Source: Candidatus Hydrogenedentota bacterium
GTDB lineage: Bacteria > Hydrogenedentota > Hydrogenedentia > Hydrogenedentales > SLHB01
Assembly (NCBI GenBank): GCA_034408725.1
Contig: JAWXCN010000152.1
Span: forward strand, 10,552 to 74,551
Direction: 5' to 3'
DNA: 64,000 bases
Below are positions 58,179-64,000 of this stretch, in pieces. The notes beneath the pieces were generated by a model that was not told the DNA's origin, made no database searches, and worked only from the letters and a program-made list of their open reading frames with translations. The position numbers and the translations under genes were made by a program. Position 1 is the stretch's first letter. Each line of letters begins with the position of its first letter.

Positions 58179-59750
58179 CTATACAACACCCTGGGTCTTC
58201 TCGAGATCAGGGTTGCGCGCTGGAAGAATGATCGTAAATTTAGAACCCTTGCCAAGTTTCGTTTGCACCGTGATCTCCCCACCGTGCTCGTTCACGATAC
58301 GTTTGCTGCACGCCAGACCAAGGCCAGTGCCCCGGGAACCTTTTGTGCTACGAAAGGCTTCAAAAAGATGCGGCATGAATTCCGGGGATATTCCGGCGCC
58401 GGTATCCTTCACATCAATATAAATGGAACGGGCGTCAGCATGCGTACGGATAGTCACGCGGCCACCCGATTCCTCGCAGGCGTCTATCGCGTTCGTGACC
58501 AAATTTAGAATGGAGCGGTAGATGCCGAGTCCGTCAAGAGGAATGCGCGGGACTTCGCTGCGCACGAGATCAATCGTTACTTTCGACCGCTCCGCGTGGA
58601 TTTTGAGCGTGTCGGCAATCTCGCCAACCAGCATGTTGACGTCGGTGGGCGTGCGTTCTGGCTCACGTTCTCGTGAGAACGTGACGAGATTCAGCACGAG
58701 GTCTTCCATTCGGTCCGCCGACCGGCGTATGAGCGGCCACCCTTTCTGAATATATTTAATCTCTTTCGTTTCGAGCGAGAGATCGACAAACTCGGCGCCA
58801 CCTTTGATGCCGACGAGGATGTTTTTGATGCAATGTCCAATTCCCGCCGTCGCTTGACCTATCGCGGCGAGCCGCTCGCGATCAACTGCGTCCTTGTGCA
58901 GCCGCGCGTTCTCGACGGCGACACCGGTAACGCGGCCAATCGCAGTGAGCAGTTTAAGATGCTCCGCCTTGAACAGGATTTCCTCATCACCGGAGTCGGC
59001 GTAGATAACACCGACAACAGCTTCCCGGCCACATAATGGCACGCACATTGCCGCCGTAATGCCATAGTTCACGACGCTGTCCGACCCTTTGAATTCGGTT
59101 TGCGCGTCGTGCGTCAGGACCGCGTCGCGATTGTCAAAGACATGATCGATCAGGGTTTGGCTGAGTGGAGGACCGCCCCGTTCAGTGTCCGCGGGACGGC
59201 TGGCATTGACGATAGGTTCGGCCTGCGCGGATGACCGCGTCAAAATGAATCCGCGCTTGATGGGCAGCGCTTCAAACAGGAGATCCAATAACTGATGCAA
59301 CAATTCATTGATATCAAAGATTGTCCCGAAGAGTTGCGTTGCCTTATACAAAATCGGGGCCTGGTTGGAATTGGGCTCGCGCATCATTTTCTGAAACAGG
59401 TCACCGGCTTTCTCAAAGCTGATCATCGAACCCGTATCGGCGAGCGCCTTATGCCGGGTTGCGCGCGTAATCTGAAACGAATGTGAGCCGACCGTGAGTT
59501 GATCGCCTTCATCCACCCGCAGCCGGACCACGCGTTCGCCGTTCACACTAATGCCGTTGCGAGACCCAAGGTCCTCGACTTTTAACTGCCCGCTTTCGAT
59601 CCAGACCCGCGCATGGCGCCGTGAAACCAGTGAATCCGGTAACACGACGTCGCATTCGGAGGCGCGGCCAAGGACGAGGCCCTCAGCCCCAATATGATAG
59701 GTGCTGATGCTCTGACCGTCCTTTTGCAGGACCAGTTCGTACTGTGCCAT
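58179..59750 (-). CDS. FHA + GAF + histidine kinase
   Basis: FHA motifs LGR..VSRRHA..DLGSRNG, GAF 'AMCVPL', H-box AGIGHCIKN, NLVTNAIDA, DTGAG, GTGLGL. Confidence 0.92.
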   Translation of the reverse strand: MAQYELVLQKDGQSISTYHIGAEGLVLGRASECDVVLPDSLVSRRHARVWIESGQLKVEDLGSRNGISVNGERVVRLRVDEGDQLTVGSHSFQITRATRHKALADTGSMISFEKAGDLFQKMMREPNSNQAPILYKATQLFGTIFDINELLHQLLDLLFEALPIKRGFILTRSSAQAEPIVNASRPADTERGGPPLSQTLIDHVFDNRDAVLTHDAQTEFKGSDSVVNYGITAAMCVPLCGREAVVGVIYADSGDEEILFKAEHLKLLTAIGRVTGVAVENARLHKDAVDRERLAAIGQATAGIGHCIKNILVGIKGGAEFVDLSLETKEIKYIQKGWPLIRRSADRMEDLVLNLVTFSREREPERTPTDVNMLVGEIADTLKIHAERSKVTIDLVRSEVPRIPLDGLGIYRSILNLVTNAIDACEESGGRVTIRTHADARSIYIDVKDTGAGISPEFMPHLFEAFRSTKGSRGTGLGLACSKRIVNEHGGEITVQTKLGKGSKFTIILPARNPDLEKTQGVV

Positions 59751-59900
59751 GAAGCTCCTCGGGGCGAAGTCGTAAAGGACTCGGTTAGCCGCTACTTTAG
59801 CATGCAGGCCGGTTCAGGAGACATGGGAACAAGTTGCGGCGGAAAATACCTGATGCTATATTCAGGCGTTGCCGCGCCCCCCTTAACCCGGATGGTCGGA

Positions 59901-62180
59901 ATGAATGTAGCCCAAATCGTTGATCGACTGAAAACAGACCCGCAAGTCCGCAGGAATCTGACCTCGTGGAAAACGATCCCCGCGCGACCTGCCCGATACG
60001 GCGGATTCCCACATGCGCTACATCCCCGTTTGGTCGAGGGATTGAAGGCCAGGGGAATCCACGATTTGTATACCCACCAGCACGATGCGGTCGAGGCGGT
60101 CTTGAGCGGCGGGCACATTTGCGTCGTCACTCCGACGGCTTCCGGCAAAACATTGTGCTACAACGTGCCGGTGCTGAACGCGCTGATCGGTAATCCGAAC
60201 GCGCGCGCACTCTACCTTTTTCCCACCAAGGCGCTGTCGCAGGATCAAGTCGCGGAGCTGCAGACCACGGTGACTGCGCTCGACGTCAAAATCGGCACGT
60301 ATACATTTGATGGCGATACACCGGCGTCCGCACGGAAGGCGATTCGCAATTCGGGGCATATCGTTGTAACGAATCCGGACATGCTGCACACGGGAATTCT
60401 TCCGCACCATACCATCTGGATGAAACTGTTCGAGAACCTCGAGTTTGTCGTCATTGATGAACTGCATCATTATCGCGGTGTTTTCGGCAGCCACCTTGCA
60501 AACGTAATCCGGCGGCTGAAACGGATTTGCGCTTTTTATGGATCGAATCCCACCTTCATCTGTTGTAGCGCAACCATCAATAATCCGAAAGAAATGGCCG
60601 AACGAATCGTCGAGAAGCCAATGCGCTTGATCGATAACAACGGCGCCCCGCAGGGCGAACGTCATTTTCTGTTCTATAACCCGCCAGTTGTCAATGCCGA
60701 ACTGGGAATCCGGCAGTCGTCGGTGAAGGAAGCGACCCGGCTCGCTTCGCAAATGCTCTCGCGCAACGTGCAATCAATTATATTTGCGCGCAGCCGGCTT
60801 CGTGTCGAGATTCTGACAACATATTTGAAAGAAGCGGTGCGGCGGCTGGGCAAGAGCGACAAACTCGTCTGCGGTTATCGCGGCGGTTATCTGCCTACCG
60901 AACGCAGGGCAATCGAGCGCGGGCTGCGCAATGGCGAAATCATGGCCGTTGTCAGCACAAACGCGCTCGAACTGGGGATTGATATTGGGTCGCTGGACGT
61001 TTCCATTATGACTGGTTATTCGGGCAGCATCGCGAGCACCTGGCAACAGGCCGGGCGCGCGGGCCGGCGTTCGGGCGTGTCGCTCGTGATACTCATCGCA
61101 TCGAGCGCGCCTCTGGACCAGTTTATCATCAACCATCCGGAGTATTTTTTTGAGCAGTCCCCGGAGAATGCTACGGTCGATCCAAATAATCTGATTATCA
61201 TGTCAAGCCATATAAAATGCGCCGCATTCGAGATTCCGTTCAAGGAAGGCGAAGTATTCGGCATGGATACGGCTTCGACCACCGAAATTCTCGACTACCT
61301 CGCCGAGCAGCGCATACTCCGGAAATCGAGGGACAAGTGGCACTGGAGCGCCGACACCTATCCGGCGGAGGACATCAGCCTGCGCACGGCGGCGCCGGGG
61401 AATGTCGTGATTCTTGACACGTCGCAGCACGGCCGCGTCATTGGAGAAGTCGATCTCTTCGCCGCGCCCGTCGAGGTATACGAAAATGCGATCTACCTGC
61501 ACCAAAGCGCGCAGTACACTATCGACCGGCTGGATTTGGAAGACCGAAAGGCCTACGCGCGGCCCGTGGATGTGGACTACTATACGGATGCGCAAATCAA
61601 GGTGGACCTTAAAATCATCGACGCGTTTCGCGAAGAGCACGTCGGCGATGCGGTGAAACGGACAGGCGAATTGAGCGTGACGTGGATGCCGAGCGTCTAC
61701 AAGAAAATAAAATTCGGTACGCACGAGAACGTGGGTTGGGGTGAAATACACCTACCCGAAAGCACCATGCACACCACCGGGTACTGGATCGAATTTCCCG
61801 AAAAAGCCGCGGAAATGCTGGACATCAAGCAGACTGAATTGTCCGAAGCGTTAAGTGGGCTTGCGAATACTTTGCGCCAGGTCGCGCCAGTCCAGGTGAT
61901 GTGCGATCCCACCGATATTCGCGCGCAAGGTCTGCTGCGCGCGCCGTTCTCAGAGCGGCCCGCCATTTACCTGTACGAAACGTATCCCGGCGGCGTGGGA
62001 ATTAGCGAAAAGCTTTTTACGCACCATCGTCCATTAGTCGAAGCAGCCATATCGCTGGTCAGTGGCTGCGCGTGCAAGGAAGGCTGCCCGAGTTGCACTG
62101 GACCATCCCTGGAGGTGGGCATGCACGGAAAGCGCGGCGCGTTGCGTCTCGCGAAAATGGCCTTGGACCCGGTGGCGTAA
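59901..62180 (+). CDS. mrfA: DEAD/DEAH-box helicase with DUF1998 Cys cluster (MrfA/YprA/Hrq1 family)
   Basis: TPTASGKT, PTKALSQDQ, DELH, SAT, QAGRAGR, MCD..CACKEGCPSC. Confidence 0.88.
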   Translation: MNVAQIVDRLKTDPQVRRNLTSWKTIPARPARYGGFPHALHPRLVEGLKARGIHDLYTHQHDAVEAVLSGGHICVVTPTASGKTLCYNVPVLNALIGNPNARALYLFPTKALSQDQVAELQTTVTALDVKIGTYTFDGDTPASARKAIRNSGHIVVTNPDMLHTGILPHHTIWMKLFENLEFVVIDELHHYRGVFGSHLANVIRRLKRICAFYGSNPTFICCSATINNPKEMAERIVEKPMRLIDNNGAPQGERHFLFYNPPVVNAELGIRQSSVKEATRLASQMLSRNVQSIIFARSRLRVEILTTYLKEAVRRLGKSDKLVCGYRGGYLPTERRAIERGLRNGEIMAVVSTNALELGIDIGSLDVSIMTGYSGSIASTWQQAGRAGRRSGVSLVILIASSAPLDQFIINHPEYFFEQSPENATVDPNNLIIMSSHIKCAAFEIPFKEGEVFGMDTASTTEILDYLAEQRILRKSRDKWHWSADTYPAEDISLRTAAPGNVVILDTSQHGRVIGEVDLFAAPVEVYENAIYLHQSAQYTIDRLDLEDRKAYARPVDVDYYTDAQIKVDLKIIDAFREEHVGDAVKRTGELSVTWMPSVYKKIKFGTHENVGWGEIHLPESTMHTTGYWIEFPEKAAEMLDIKQTELSEALSGLANTLRQVAPVQVMCDPTDIRAQGLLRAPFSERPAIYLYETYPGGVGISEKLFTHHRPLVEAAISLVSGCACKEGCPSCTGPSLEVGMHGKRGALRLAKMALDPVA

Positions 62181-62182
62181 CC

Positions 62183-63475
62183 ATGGGAACCATGAACGAA
62201 AAACTCGCGGCGCTGCTGTCCACGCAACAATTGATGAAAGGCGCGGATTGGCGGCAGAAGCTGGATACGCTCCGGCAGGAACGAGAATCCGGGGAGCACG
62301 AAATAGATCGCGTCGTGTCCGGTGAAATTCTTGGCGACCCGGACCGTGGGTTTTACCTCGTGAGCGAAATCTTCCCATTGGACACGGCGCAGGGAGGAAT
62401 CGATCTCGGCGCCGTATTGGACGTCCACGGCGACCACATTGCGTTGTCAAGTTCCGACGACACACTTAAGCAGTTCGATCCGCGCAACGCGCTGTTCATC
62501 GACACCGAGACCAGCGGACTTGCGGGCGGCACCGGCACCGTGGCGTTCCTTGTCGGCGTTGGTTATTTCACGGGTGATGGGTTCCGGCTCGATCAATGTT
62601 TCCTGCGCGATTTTGATGACGAGGAACCCATGCTCGAATATCTCGCTGAGGTCTTTCGCGGCAAGGACACGGTGGTTAGCTATAACGGCAAAAGCTTCGA
62701 CATGCCATTATTGCGCACGCGCTTTATTCAAAACCGCATTCCCTTTCGCATTGACGCCGGTTCGCACTTCGATCTGTTGCATGCCGCGCGCCGATTCTGG
62801 AAACGCCGTATCGGCGCGTGCAACCTCACGAATATCGAGCGCGAAATACTGGGCATTCACCGCGAAGGTGACGTCCCCAGCTATCTCATCCCGCAACTGT
62901 GGTTTGACTACCTTCGCTCGCGCGATGCCCGGCCGTTGGAAGGCGTGTTTTACCATCACAAGATGGACATCCTCTCGCTGGTCGCGCTCACCGGGTGGCT
63001 TTCGCGCTGCCTTACGCTGCCCGATGGAGACGGGTTTACCCACACCGAAGACAAACTTTCGCTCGTCCGAGTCTACTTCAATCAAAAACGATATACGGAA
63101 GTGCTTGCACACGGGGAGCGGCTCATCGCCGATAATCGCGACGCCGCAATGCGGAAAGAATGTCTTGACATGCTCGCGCTTGCCTACAAACGCCTCAACG
63201 ATTTCCCACGGATGCAGGAAATTCTCGATCTCATTTTGCGCGAATACCCTAGCGATTTGAACGCCCGCTGGGAATTGGCCAAACACTACGAGCATCGCGC
63301 CCGGAACTTTGTGGAAGCCGAGCGTCTGTGCTCGGAAGCGATCGGTCAACTGGAAACGCGCGTCGCATTGGGTCGCGCGCAAGGCATGCCGGTATCCATG
63401 CTGGCAAGTTTTGAACATCGGCTCGCCCGGATACGGGGAAAGATACATCGGGTCAGTTCACAGGATTCGCCTTAG
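62183..63475 (+). CDS. mrfB: RNase H-like DEDD exonuclease with TPR tail (MrfB/YprB family)
   Basis: FIDTETSGL, YNGKSFD, HFDLL, HHKMD, TPR-like tail 'LAKHYEHRAR'. Starts 2 nt after the helicase stop. Confidence 0.85.
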   Translation: MGTMNEKLAALLSTQQLMKGADWRQKLDTLRQERESGEHEIDRVVSGEILGDPDRGFYLVSEIFPLDTAQGGIDLGAVLDVHGDHIALSSSDDTLKQFDPRNALFIDTETSGLAGGTGTVAFLVGVGYFTGDGFRLDQCFLRDFDDEEPMLEYLAEVFRGKDTVVSYNGKSFDMPLLRTRFIQNRIPFRIDAGSHFDLLHAARRFWKRRIGACNLTNIEREILGIHREGDVPSYLIPQLWFDYLRSRDARPLEGVFYHHKMDILSLVALTGWLSRCLTLPDGDGFTHTEDKLSLVRVYFNQKRYTEVLAHGERLIADNRDAAMRKECLDMLALAYKRLNDFPRMQEILDLILREYPSDLNARWELAKHYEHRARNFVEAERLCSEAIGQLETRVALGRAQGMPVSMLASFEHRLARIRGKIHRVSSQDSP

Positions 63476-63998
63476 AGGTCCGAGCGCGTTCAAACGCCTG
63501 CGCCAACCCCGGATGCGCCGGGTCCATGCGCTTGCCCTCTTTCAACCGCTTCATGGCACGGTCCGCGTAGCCATAACCCAGAAACACTTCAGCCGTGCTC
63601 ATGTAGAACCCTGCCGTCTTTCCACCTATGGTATCGAAGGTCCGTTCGGCTTCATCAGGCTGGTTGCCGGCGCAATATGCTACGCCGAGATGGAACGAGG
63701 CGCTCACATTGGAAGGTCCGGTTTGAAGCGCTCGCTGGAACGTCGCGATAGCCTCGGGTATGCGACCCAGCCTAAAATACGTCACGCCCAGGTTATCGTA
63801 ATAAGAACTACCCGGAAACGTCTTAACGGTTTCGAGTTGATGCGCCAGTGCCGCTTCGTAATCACCTTCCGCAACGCGAAGCATGCTGAGGTTTCCATGC
63901 GCCTTGTGGTTTGCCGGGTCGAGTTCGAGTGCGCGGTTCCACAATGTATCCGCGTCCCGCCAGTATGCCGTCTGCATCATCGTGAGCGGCATGAGACA
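63453..63998 (-). CDS. C-terminal TPR part (truncated at window edge) of a probable TMTC-like membrane protein
   Basis: Frame is open to the edge. TM end followed by QTAYWRDADTLWNRALE and TPRs (NLG..Y..G...EAI). Confidence 0.7.
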   Translation of the reverse strand, partial: CLMPLTMMQTAYWRDADTLWNRALELDPANHKAHGNLSMLRVAEGDYEAALAHQLETVKTFPGSSYYDNLGVTYFRLGRIPEAIATFQRALQTGPSNVSASFHLGVAYCAGNQPDEAERTFDTIGGKTAGFYMSTAEVFLGYGYADRAMKRLKEGKRMDPAHPGLAQAFERARTSKANPVN

Positions 63999-64000
63999 AA

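Noticed and set aside
59901-62180. DUF1998 helicase as part of an anti-phage system (DISARM/Druantia)
   Set aside because: No methyltransferase, PLD nuclease or other defence partners nearby; the neighbour is the MrfB-type exonuclease.

Overview
A 64-kb, GC-rich (about 60% by eye), gene-dense chromosomal window from a diderm bacterium with Planctomycete-like gene content (DUF1501, DUF1549/DUF1553 cytochrome, DUF1800, many Tat substrates, PEP-CTERM). Candidatus Hydrogenedentota is my guess from gene style, not a tested assignment. About 42 CDS are supported, and no rRNA, tRNA, CRISPR array, intact transposase or prophage was seen. Recognisable genes: dnaK, serC, rffA/wecE, an HddA-like kinase, an RND pair, an aldo/keto reductase, the MrfA/MrfB helicase-exonuclease pair and an orphan hicB. 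The most notable observations are: (1) a 408-bp non-coding element (24743-25150) with 18-bp terminal inverted repeats and a 10-bp target-site duplication, carrying a 216-bp-period array of REP-like palindromes, with a second inverted partial copy at 49.1-49.3 kb; (2) four YfhO-like (GT-C-type) membrane glycosyltransferase paralogues arranged around an HDOD-GAF-pseudokinase-receiver protein with all kinase motifs degenerate, next to sugar-nucleotide genes; (3) an apparently exported sugar-redox set (Tat Gfo/Idh/MocA, ThuA-HEAT-F5/8C, Tat DegT aminotransferase, signal-peptide 2-hydroxyacid dehydrogenase); (4) a solitary dnaK with a sigma54-type promoter; (5) a PEP-CTERM gene splitting a DUF1553/DUF1501 pair; (6) a pseudogene remnant missed by the ORF track. 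All family calls come from motif recognition by eye; no searches were run.
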